Part shown: positions 45,438-53,237 of the stretch, in pieces | Numbering within the stretch: the stretch's first letter is position 1 | How the letters are laid out: every line of letters starts with the position of its first letter | Source: Alistipes sp. | GTDB lineage: Bacteria; Bacteroidota; Bacteroidia; Bacteroidales; Rikenellaceae | Reading direction: 5' to 3' | NCBI GenBank assembly: GCA_031285345.1 | Contig: JAITWI010000008.1 | Location: 36,111 to 100,110 of the forward strand | DNA: 64,000 nt | Notes under the pieces: model-generated | Database searches by the model: none | The model's input: the letters and a program-made list of their open reading frames with translations, nothing else | Told to the model about the DNA's origin: nothing | Program-made: the position numbers and the translations under genes

Positions 45438-45475
45438 GCAAAGTTAGCAATTCGGCCCCGAATTGCTAACTTTGC
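45438..45475. promoter_or_regulatory. perfect palindrome (18-bp arms, 2-nt spacer) containing two outward-facing TAacTTTG boxes, between the lnt and LysE-family gene starts
   Basis: The sequence is gcaaagttagcaattcgg cc ccgaattgctaactttgc. The boxes lie at 45467-45474 (+) and 45439-45446 (-), each 4 nt from its start codon. Confidence 0.55.
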
Positions 45476-45478
45476 ACG

Positions 45479-46138
45479 ATGAATTTCGAGATAGTCTTCA
45501 GAGGGCTCGTCGTGGGGCTGTTGGCGTCGATAACGCTCGGGCCGGTGGGGGTGATGTGCATTCAGCGCACGCTGAGCAAGAGCCGCGCCTCGGGGTTCGT
45601 CTCGGGGCTGGGCGCCGCCACCGCCGACACCATATTCGCTACATTGGCCTACTTCTTCGTGGCGGTCATCTCGTCCGTGATAGAGAACAACCTGCAAACG
45701 CTCAAAATAGTGGGCGGGGTGTTCGTGATGGGGGTGGGGATGTATTTCTTTCTGAAGAACCCCGTGGTGCAGATACGCCGCAACAGAGCAGGCAAGAGCA
45801 ACCTCGGGCAGGACTACGCCTCGACCTTCGTGTTGACGCTCACCAACCCGGGCTTTATATTGTGGCTGTTAGTGGTGTTTTCGGCGTTCAACTTGGGGGG
45901 TGGGAGTGGCGACGCCGGGGCGGCGAGCGAGATGACGCCTTCGCACATCGGAACCGGAGCGCAGATGATACTCGGCTTTTTCGGCGGAGCGGCGGCGTGG
46001 TGGCTTGCTCTGACGGCGGTGGTGGGGCTTTTCAGGCGCAATTTTAGGCCGCGCTACCTGCTGTGGATCAACCGCGGGGCGGGGGCGGCGATAGTGTCGT
46101 TGGGAGTGGCGGCGATAGTTTCGGCTTTTGTTTTTTAA
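45479..46138 (+). CDS. LysE/RhtB family amino-acid exporter
   Basis: 219 aa with about 6 TM helices. The N-terminus GLLASITLGPVGVMCIQRTL is typical of the LysE family. Confidence 0.8.
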   Translation: MNFEIVFRGLVVGLLASITLGPVGVMCIQRTLSKSRASGFVSGLGAATADTIFATLAYFFVAVISSVIENNLQTLKIVGGVFVMGVGMYFFLKNPVVQIRRNRAGKSNLGQDYASTFVLTLTNPGFILWLLVVFSAFNLGGGSGDAGAASEMTPSHIGTGAQMILGFFGGAAAWWLALTAVVGLFRRNFRPRYLLWINRGAGAAIVSLGVAAIVSAFVF

Positions 46139-46201
46139 TAATGAATCGGGGAACGCCTTCCACGTATGCTTAATATTGCGTAGCCGATCATTTATGATTA
46201 T

Positions 46202-46885
46202 ATGAAGAGACTTACCATAGCGATAGACGGGTTTTCGAGCGGGGGCAAAAGTACCCTGGCCCGGACCATTGCCGCGCGGTTGGGCTATGTATTCGTCGAC
46301 AGCGGGGCGATGTACCGCGCGGTGACCCTGTACGCCCTGCGTCACGGGTTTGTGCGCGAAGGAGCGTTGGACGAGGCGGCCCTGATTGCGGCGATGGACG
46401 AAATGGGCGTCGGGTTCCGCTTCGATAGCGAAAGCGGGACGAGTCGGGTGCTTCTCGACGGAGAGGATGTGTCGGGCGCGATTCGCACCATCGAGGTGAG
46501 CGATCTGGTGAGTCGGGTGAGTTCGATAGGTGCCGTGCGCGAAAAGTTGGTGGCGGCCCAGCGTGAGATGGGGCGCGGGGGAGGTGTGGTGATGGATGGG
46601 CGCGACATCGGCACGGTGGTGTTTCCCGACGCCGACCTCAAGATTTTTCTCACGGCCGATCCTCTCGTGCGTGCCCGGCGGCGCTACGACGAGCTTAGGG
46701 CGGGGGGCGTAGACGTTTCGCTCGCCGAGATAGAACGCAACATTCGCGAGCGCGACCTGCTCGACCAGACACGCGAGATAAGCCCCCTGAGGCAAGCCCC
46801 CGACGCCATAGTGATAGACAACAGCGACATGACCCCCCAGGAGCAGATGGAGCGGGTTATGGAGTTGGTAAACTCGAAGCGTTGA
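46202..46885 (+). CDS. cmk: (d)CMP kinase
   Basis: The P-loop IAIDGFSSGGKSTLA is present, along with DSGAMYRA and GRDIGTVVFPDA. Confidence 0.93.
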   Translation: MKRLTIAIDGFSSGGKSTLARTIAARLGYVFVDSGAMYRAVTLYALRHGFVREGALDEAALIAAMDEMGVGFRFDSESGTSRVLLDGEDVSGAIRTIEVSDLVSRVSSIGAVREKLVAAQREMGRGGGVVMDGRDIGTVVFPDADLKIFLTADPLVRARRRYDELRAGGVDVSLAEIERNIRERDLLDQTREISPLRQAPDAIVIDNSDMTPQEQMERVMELVNSKR

Positions 46886-46888
46886 GCC

Positions 46889-47986
46889 ATGCGGGTCGAG
46901 ATAGACAGCCAATCGGGATTCTGTTTCGGGGTGGTGGGCGCCATCTCGAAGGCCGAGGCGCGTATAGCGGCGAACGGGGCGCGGGACGAACGGGCCGTGG
47001 CGGATGACGATGGTGTCGGGGTGCCGGGTGAAATGTCCGGGGCGACCGAAGAAGTTGCCGGAGTGCCAGACAGGGCTGAAAGATTGGTGTCGCTGGGAGA
47101 TATCGTGCACAATGGAGCCGAGGTGGCGCGGCTGGAGGCATTGGGGCTCGAAACCGTGCCCGAGCAGACCGACCTTGCGACGCTTGCCGGGCGGACGGTG
47201 CTGATACGTGCCCATGGAGAACCGCCGGCCACGTACGCGATGGCGGCGCGGCATGGGATAACGCTTGTGGACGCGACCTGCCCCGTGGTGGCGCGGCTGC
47301 AACGGACGGCGCGGGAGGCGGGTGCGGATATGAAGAGGGTCGGCGGGCAGGTGGCGATATTCGGCCGCAGGGGTCACGCCGAGGTGCGCGGACTCGCAGG
47401 GCAGGTGGAGGCCGGAATGAATAGTGTAGACGGCGGCGCGGGCGCCGGAAGGGCGGCGGTCGCAGGCTTCGGATCGAAAGCAGGAGGGGCGATCGTGGTG
47501 GAGGGCGAGGCCGATCTGGATGAGATTGATTTCTCAAGGCCGATATATTTCATGGCGCAGACCACCGGCAGCCTCGCCGAATTTCGCAGGTTGAGCGAGG
47601 CGATACAGGGCAGAGCGACGAATCCGGCCGCGGTGACGGTGCGCGACACGGTGTGCCGTCAGGTGGCGGGGCGCGAGGAGCACCTGGTGGAGTTCGCAAA
47701 GCGGCACGACGCGGTGGTGTTCGTCGCCGGCGGCAAAAGTTCCAACGGGCGGGTGCTGTTCGAGGCGGTGGGGGCGGCCAATCCCCGCAGCCACAAGATA
47801 GAGAGCGCCTCCGAACTTCGACCGGAGTGGTTCGAGGGGTGCGGATCGGTGGGGGTGTGCGGCGCCACTTCGACCCCTAAATGGCTTATGGAGGAGGTTG
47901 CCCGAAAGATAATGAAAGCCGAGAGTAATCGAAAATTTATTTTCAGATTGCCGAGGCGCATCCTATCTTGGATGAGCGAAGCGTAG
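46889..47986 (+). CDS. ispH: 4-hydroxy-3-methylbut-2-enyl diphosphate reductase
   Basis: Motifs GFCFGV, GDIVHN, DATCPVV, GHAEV and TVCRQV are present. Two lineage-specific insertions lie at about 46967-47086 and 47414-47490. Confidence 0.92.
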   Translation: MRVEIDSQSGFCFGVVGAISKAEARIAANGARDERAVADDDGVGVPGEMSGATEEVAGVPDRAERLVSLGDIVHNGAEVARLEALGLETVPEQTDLATLAGRTVLIRAHGEPPATYAMAARHGITLVDATCPVVARLQRTAREAGADMKRVGGQVAIFGRRGHAEVRGLAGQVEAGMNSVDGGAGAGRAAVAGFGSKAGGAIVVEGEADLDEIDFSRPIYFMAQTTGSLAEFRRLSEAIQGRATNPAAVTVRDTVCRQVAGREEHLVEFAKRHDAVVFVAGGKSSNGRVLFEAVGAANPRSHKIESASELRPEWFEGCGSVGVCGATSTPKWLMEEVARKIMKAESNRKFIFRLPRRILSWMSEA

Positions 47987-48020
47987 TCAAAGATAATGAA
48001 AACATGATCAAAGAGAATAG

Positions 48021-49151
48021 ATGTTGTTAGAAAGATTTTTGAGATACGTGTCGATGGACACGCAGAGCGATCCGGCGAGCGGGACATACCCCTCGACGCC
48101 CGGGCAGTCGACGATGCTGAGGCTGTTGGCCGAAGAGATGCGCGCGATGGGCGTGGCCGACGTGAAGATGGATTCGTTCGGCTACGTGACGGGCACCGTT
48201 GCCGCCACGCCGGGGTGCGAGGGCGAACCGACGATAGGGTTTCTGGCCCACGTGGACACCTCGCCCGACGCGCCGGGGGCGAACGTGAAGCCACAACTAA
48301 CCGATAAGGACGGAGACACCATAATATCCACCGACGGGACTACCCTTTTGGGTGGCGACGACAAGGCGGGGGTGGCCGAGATCATGACCGCCGCGGAGTA
48401 TTTGCTGACCCATCCGGAGGTTAGACACGGCAAGATCCGCATAGCCTTCACCCCCGACGAGGAGATTGGGCACGGGGTGGATCATTTCGACGTGGAGGCG
48501 TTCGGCGCGGACTTCGCCTACACGATGGACGGAGGGGTGGCGGGCGAGTTGGAGTACGAAAACTTCAACGCCGCCACGGCGCATATCTCCATCGTCGGCC
48601 GAAGCGCGCATCCGGGCGACGCCAAGGGCAAGATGCTGAACGCGACCCGGGTGGCGATGGACTTAGACGCCATGCTGCCCGACTCGGAGCGTCCCGAAAC
48701 CACCGAAGGGTACGAGGGATTCTTCCACATGATGAGCCTCGACGGGACGGTCGAGCGCGCCGAGGTGGAGTATATAGTTCGCGACCACGACCGAGAGAGG
48801 TTCGAGCAGCGGAAGGCTCTGCTTGTCGAGGCGGTGCGCGGGCTGAACGAGCGGCACGGCGATGGGACGGCGGCGATCGAGGTGAGGGATCAATACTACA
48901 ACATGCGCGAGGTTGTGGAACGCCATCCACGGATCGTGGAGCGCGCCGCCCGGGCGATAGAGGCCGTCGGTCTTGAACCGCGCATAAAGCCTATCAGGGG
49001 TGGAACCGACGGCGCGCGATTGTCGTTCATGGGGCTGCCGTGTCCCAACATATTCACCGGCGGGATCAACTTCCACAGTCGCCGCGAGAGCATCTCGTTG
49101 AACGCCATGAGGAAAGCCGTCGAGGTTATAGTGGGGATAGTGAGGTTGTAG
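48021..49151 (+). CDS. pepT: peptidase T (M20B tripeptide aminopeptidase)
   Basis: Motifs LLERFLRYVSMDTQS, HVDTSPD, GGDDKAGVAEIM, TPDEEIG and IRGGTDG are present. Confidence 0.9.
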   Translation: MLLERFLRYVSMDTQSDPASGTYPSTPGQSTMLRLLAEEMRAMGVADVKMDSFGYVTGTVAATPGCEGEPTIGFLAHVDTSPDAPGANVKPQLTDKDGDTIISTDGTTLLGGDDKAGVAEIMTAAEYLLTHPEVRHGKIRIAFTPDEEIGHGVDHFDVEAFGADFAYTMDGGVAGELEYENFNAATAHISIVGRSAHPGDAKGKMLNATRVAMDLDAMLPDSERPETTEGYEGFFHMMSLDGTVERAEVEYIVRDHDRERFEQRKALLVEAVRGLNERHGDGTAAIEVRDQYYNMREVVERHPRIVERAARAIEAVGLEPRIKPIRGGTDGARLSFMGLPCPNIFTGGINFHSRRESISLNAMRKAVEVIVGIVRL

Positions 49152-49177
49152 GTAAGGGTTTTGAATAATGGAATGCA

Positions 49178-49215
49178 AACGGGCGACCCTTTCAAGGGCC
49201 GCCCGTTGTTTTGCG
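49178..49215 (+). terminator. Rho-independent terminator of pepT
   Basis: The stem pairs aacgggcgaccctt with aagggccgcccgtt with one mismatch, and is followed by gttttg. Confidence 0.6.
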
Positions 49216-49259
49216 GTATGCTTTGCTTAGCTACGAATCGCCGCGGCAGTCGGAGGTCA

Positions 49260-49434
49260 AATCCCCCACTTGTAGTACATAGCGCCCCAGGTGAACCGAG
49301 CGTCGCAGATGCGAGCTCATCGACCGAGCGCCGAGCGTCGCCGCAGGCGGTGGAGGCATCGTGTGAGGGAGTAACTAACACATAGATGAGGGTCTATAAT
49401 CCCCACTTGTAGTACATAGCGCCCCAGGTGAACC
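49260..49434 (-). mobile_element. Short repeat element copy B (100-nt insert at 49298-49397) flanked by a 37-38-bp direct duplication of the fabH 3' end (49260-49297 and 49398-49434)
   Basis: aatccccc(c)acttgtagtacatagcgccccaggtgaacc occurs twice with a single C indel. The insert is the reverse complement of the murC insert plus an extra 24 nt. Confidence 0.75.
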
Positions 49435-50377
49435 CCGCGCCGAACGCCGATATTATGAGGTTGTCGCCGCGCTTGAAACGGTCGCGGAACTCCCACAAAA
49501 CCAACGGAATGGAGGTGCCGGCCGTGTTGCCAAGGTGCTCTATGTTGACAAGTATTTTGTCGTCCGACAGACCCATCCGGTGGCCGGTGGCCGACAGAAT
49601 GCGCAGGTTGGCCTGGTGGGGGATCAGATAGGCGATGTCGTCGGGCTTTAGGCCGTGCCTTGCCATCATCGCCACCGACACGTCGGCCATGTTGCTGACC
49701 GCGTATTTGAACACCGTTTTGCCGTCCTGAATGATGTAGTGCTCGCGGCGGGCCACCGTCTCGGCCGAGGCGGGGTACATGCTGCCGCCAGCCTTCTGGT
49801 ATAGATAGTGGCGACCGATGCCGTCCACGTGGTTTTCGTAGTCCACAAGGCCCTCGTCCGGAGAGTCTGTCGGCTCGATGAGCATAGCCACCGCCGCGTC
49901 GCCGAACAGCGGACAGGTGTTGCGGTCGGTGTAGTCGGTGATGCCGCTCATCCTCTCGCCGCACACCAACACCACCTTTTTAGCCCGGCCGGCGCGAACC
50001 AAGGCGTCGACGGTGGAGAATGAGTAGATGAAGCCGCAGCAGCCGGCGTTGACGTCGAATCCCCAGGCGTTTTTGATGCCCACCTTGTCGGAGATTATGT
50101 TGGCCGTGGCGGGGAACTGCATGTCGGGCGTGACGGTGGCGCACACCAACATGTCCACCTCCTCGGGTTTGGTGCCCGTGGCGGCCAAGAGTTTACGAAC
50201 CGCGTCGGCTCCCATTTCGGAGGTGCCCAAACCGTCCTGCTTGAGGATGCGGCGCTCGACTATGCCGGTGCGCTCGCGGATCCACTCGTCCGACGTGTCG
50301 ACCAACTTTTCTATCTCGGCGTTGGTGAGGATGTACTCCGGAAGCGACGCCTCTATACCTTTTATTACTGCTCTCAT
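49394..50377 (-). CDS. fabH: 3-oxoacyl-ACP synthase III
   Basis: The active-site Cys context is NAGCCGFIYS. Motifs HQANLRI and GNTAGTSIP are present. The last codon and the stop codon are contributed by the repeat-element junction. Confidence 0.94.
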   Translation of the reverse strand: MRAVIKGIEASLPEYILTNAEIEKLVDTSDEWIRERTGIVERRILKQDGLGTSEMGADAVRKLLAATGTKPEEVDMLVCATVTPDMQFPATANIISDKVGIKNAWGFDVNAGCCGFIYSFSTVDALVRAGRAKKVVLVCGERMSGITDYTDRNTCPLFGDAAVAMLIEPTDSPDEGLVDYENHVDGIGRHYLYQKAGGSMYPASAETVARREHYIIQDGKTVFKYAVSNMADVSVAMMARHGLKPDDIAYLIPHQANLRILSATGHRMGLSDDKILVNIEHLGNTAGTSIPLVLWEFRDRFKRGDNLIISAFGAGFTWGAMYYKWGL

Positions 50378-50565
50378 GGTTGCGCGTTTTAATATGTGTG
50401 CCGCAAATTTATCGAATATGTTCGGCCTCGCCTCGCCGCGGGGTGTGATTTAACGATAAGATAACATTAGAGGAGGGTGCGCGGATGGGCGTGGAGGGGC
50501 CGTCGGAGGGCGAAATGACTGCTATCGACCACTGTATATTAATTATCGACAAAATAGTGGATTGT

Positions 50566-50597
50566 TTTGATGTTTCATCGTTTTTTACATATCTTTG
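50566..50597 (+). promoter_or_regulatory. candidate Bacteroidota sigma-A-type promoter (TTTG, 20-nt spacer, TAtcTTTG) for the 50.7-60.8 kb surface locus
   Basis: TTTG lies at 50566-50569 and TAtcTTTG at 50590-50597. The first gene's ATG is at 50663. The region is AT-rich and intergenic. Confidence 0.45.
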
Positions 50598-50662
50598 CCC
50601 CAAACTGAAGACTTGAACGAACAACTTAAATAGAACAATTAACAAGTAAAAATCAAACGATT

Positions 50663-51448
50663 ATGAAACACCGGACACTATTTGCGCTGCCCGCTGTTCT
50701 CGCGGGAATCCTCCTGTCGGGATGCGCGGCCGACGGCGAAACGCGCGGTGGCAGCGGAACCATCGACCTGCAGCTGACCGCCTCGTCGGAGGCTGTCGTC
50801 GTCGAGGCCACAAGGGGAACAATCCCCGGAATCACGGCGCCCGAGGAGAGTCAGTTCAGCCTGGTCATCGTGAAGGACGGAGCCAATCCCGCCACGAGCC
50901 CCCGCTGGGACGACATCACCCAGTATCCCACAGACAACAAGCTTCAGGTGGGCGGCTACACCGCCACAGCGGCGTACGGCGACCCCGACTCCGAAGGGTT
51001 CGAGAGACCTGCTTTCGGCGTGTCGGAGCATTTCGAGGTGCTGCACGGCCAGACCGTGACGGTGGCTCTGGAGGCGCGCCTGGTCAACACCGCCGTGACG
51101 ATGGAGTACACCGACGACTTTAAGAACTACTTCTCGGACTACACGGTGACTGTGGTCAACGAAGGTGCGGATGCCAAAACGTTCGTCAAAGACGAGACCC
51201 GCGCGATGTTCGTGCGTCCCGAGGCCTTCTCGCTGAGGCTGGACTACACCCGTCAGAGCAGCGGCCGCAGCGGAACCGTGTCGTACGACATGGCGGACCT
51301 TATCGAGGGCGAAGTGGCGGCCTGCACACACTATAAAGTGGGCCTCGACATCAACGAAGGCCACGTGGGCGGTGCGGCGATCGTGATCAACCTCGACGGC
51401 AACATCGAGGAGATTCCGCTCGAAATCGAAGTGGGCGAAGGTGAATAA
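50663..51448 (+). CDS. DUF4493-like lipoprotein
   Basis: The lipobox is LLSGCA. The GSGTIDLQL strand is followed by EATRG. Size and pattern fit the Bacteroidales DUF4493 family, assigned from memory. Confidence 0.72.
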   Translation: MKHRTLFALPAVLAGILLSGCAADGETRGGSGTIDLQLTASSEAVVVEATRGTIPGITAPEESQFSLVIVKDGANPATSPRWDDITQYPTDNKLQVGGYTATAAYGDPDSEGFERPAFGVSEHFEVLHGQTVTVALEARLVNTAVTMEYTDDFKNYFSDYTVTVVNEGADAKTFVKDETRAMFVRPEAFSLRLDYTRQSSGRSGTVSYDMADLIEGEVAACTHYKVGLDINEGHVGGAAIVINLDGNIEEIPLEIEVGEGE

Positions 51449-51468
51449 CATTAAAAATCGACAGAGAG

Positions 51469-53214
51469 ATGAAAAGAACGATATATAAACTGTTTGCGTT
51501 GTGCGGCGTGGCTTTGGCGGCGTTCGCATGCGTGGAGGCCGAAGTGCCCGCCGGAGAGACGCAACAAGAGGGCGAGGGTGTGCTCCGCCTGTCGGGTGTG
51601 AGCGTGGTGGAGGATGTGACCGAAAGGCCGTCGCTCTCGACCCGCGCCGTGTCGCCCGACGATTTCGACGTGACCATCACCCGCACGAGAACGGGCGAGG
51701 TGCAGACTTTCAAATACGGTGAGATGCCGGCCGAGTTGACCCTCAAGGCGGGCGACTATGAGCTCTACATCGAGTCGCACGAGATGCCCGACGTTCCCCA
51801 GTGGGACGCGGTGCACTACTCGACCAGGCGCACCTTCACCATCGCGAAGGATATGACCACCAACCTGACCGACGTGGTGTGTAAGGTGACCAGCATTTTG
51901 GTGTCGGTGCGCTACACCGACGAGATGGTGAAGGCGCTGACCGAAGGCGAGGATGGCGAACGGGTGAGGGTGACCATCGGCGGCGTATATCGCGAGTACG
52001 ACCGCGACGAACACCGCGTGGGCGTGTTCAAGGCTCCGGTGGAGGAGAACCTGCTCAAGTGGGAGTTCCACGGCAGTCTGGGCGAGGGAATGGATATGCA
52101 GCAGGTGGCGCAGGCGGGATCTATCCCCGCCGTGAAGGCCGGGCAGCACCGTACCCTGACGTTCGACATATTGGTGGACGAGATGGGTAAGGTGGTGTTC
52201 CCGCTGACCGTCTCGGTGGAGTGCGAAACCGTGGACGTGAACGTGAACGTCGATCTGGACGAAGAGGTGATAGTGCCGTTCCTGCCGGTGGAGGTCGTAG
52301 CGAGCGAGGGATGGACGCTGACCGCGCCCGACGAACCCGCGATACCAAATGTGATATATCTGGGAGCGAACAGCTCCAATGTTCCCGAAGATATTACGAT
52401 GACGCTGAACGCCAAGAACGGTATAGAGGAGGCGACTCTGAAAATAGTGTCGCTGGATGGAGAGACGCCGTTCGCCGGATTGAGCCTGCTTTACAACGAC
52501 AGGTACGGCAATCTTTCGGCAGGATTGAATCTGCTTGTGGATCCGGTCGCCTCGGGCGCTGCGTATATCAACAACTCGCTGGGTATAAAGACCGGCGGCG
52601 ATATAGTGGGGCAGACGGAATATGTGCTGGATATGACCAAATTGATACGATTTATCCACTACAACCTTACGACTAACAGCGCTCCCGCGAGCACCAGACT
52701 CATAGTTACTTTGAGTGGCGCCGACGACCAGGGCAACTCGATGACGCGTGTGCTTACGTTCGAACTACGCAAGGGCGACAAACCCGTCGTGGAGTCGATC
52801 TTGACGGCGACAGGTAGCGGTATCGGCGAAAGGATGGAGATTCTCGGATCCAACCCGGCGGCGAATCCCGTGAAGGTTGATATCGTAGCCTCGGCGGGTA
52901 TCAAAGGGTTTGAGATCGACATGGAGTCGTCGAACACCCAATTCGACGGCGCGTTGGCGCTGATGCGTCCGCTGAACCTGCTGGATGAGAGCAAGTACGA
53001 GGATATCGCGACGCTCGGGCTGCCCTACGGCGACGGGGTGAGGAACCAGACCGAGCTCGTATTCGACATCACCGGATTTATGAGCCTTATCACGCTGTTT
53101 CTGGATATGGAGCCGGGCGACATGACTGCCGACTTCCACCTGAAGGTTACCGACAACACCGACAAGGTGCTCGAAGCGACCATCGGGCTGCAAATCATAG
53201 ACGACAGAGACTAA
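51469..53214 (+). CDS. large lipoprotein with a DUF4493-like N-terminal domain and extra Ig-like C-terminal domains
   Basis: The lipobox is AAFAC. The GEGVLRLSG strand is followed by STRAVSPDDFDVTI, then AGDYELYIES, paralleling the neighbouring DUF4493-like genes. Confidence 0.72.
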   Translation: MKRTIYKLFALCGVALAAFACVEAEVPAGETQQEGEGVLRLSGVSVVEDVTERPSLSTRAVSPDDFDVTITRTRTGEVQTFKYGEMPAELTLKAGDYELYIESHEMPDVPQWDAVHYSTRRTFTIAKDMTTNLTDVVCKVTSILVSVRYTDEMVKALTEGEDGERVRVTIGGVYREYDRDEHRVGVFKAPVEENLLKWEFHGSLGEGMDMQQVAQAGSIPAVKAGQHRTLTFDILVDEMGKVVFPLTVSVECETVDVNVNVDLDEEVIVPFLPVEVVASEGWTLTAPDEPAIPNVIYLGANSSNVPEDITMTLNAKNGIEEATLKIVSLDGETPFAGLSLLYNDRYGNLSAGLNLLVDPVASGAAYINNSLGIKTGGDIVGQTEYVLDMTKLIRFIHYNLTTNSAPASTRLIVTLSGADDQGNSMTRVLTFELRKGDKPVVESILTATGSGIGERMEILGSNPAANPVKVDIVASAGIKGFEIDMESSNTQFDGALALMRPLNLLDESKYEDIATLGLPYGDGVRNQTELVFDITGFMSLITLFLDMEPGDMTADFHLKVTDNTDKVLEATIGLQIIDDRD

Positions 53215-53237
53215 CCGACTAACAACCGAAAAAAGCA

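Noticed and set aside
49251-49270. ggaggtcaaatccccc next to the fabH-side direct repeat resembles a tRNA T-arm (GGTTCAAATCC), which would suggest a tRNA-type integration site.
   Set aside because: The T-stem does not pair (ggagg versus ccccc). No acceptor, D or anticodon arms can be built from the flanks. The duplicated target is clearly the fabH coding end.
49260-49434. A diversity-generating retroelement (template/variable repeat pair at the 3' end of a gene).
   Set aside because: The two repeat copies differ only by one C indel, with no adenine-specific substitutions. fabH is not a plausible variable target. No reverse transcriptase is nearby.
50378-50662. An invertible (phase-variable) promoter upstream of the surface locus, and the 78-aa ORF at 50409-50645 on the minus strand.
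   Set aside because: I found no inverted repeats bracketing the promoter, only short direct tatcga(c) repeats. The ORF starts at TTG, is AT-rich intergenic sequence and has no supporting signals.
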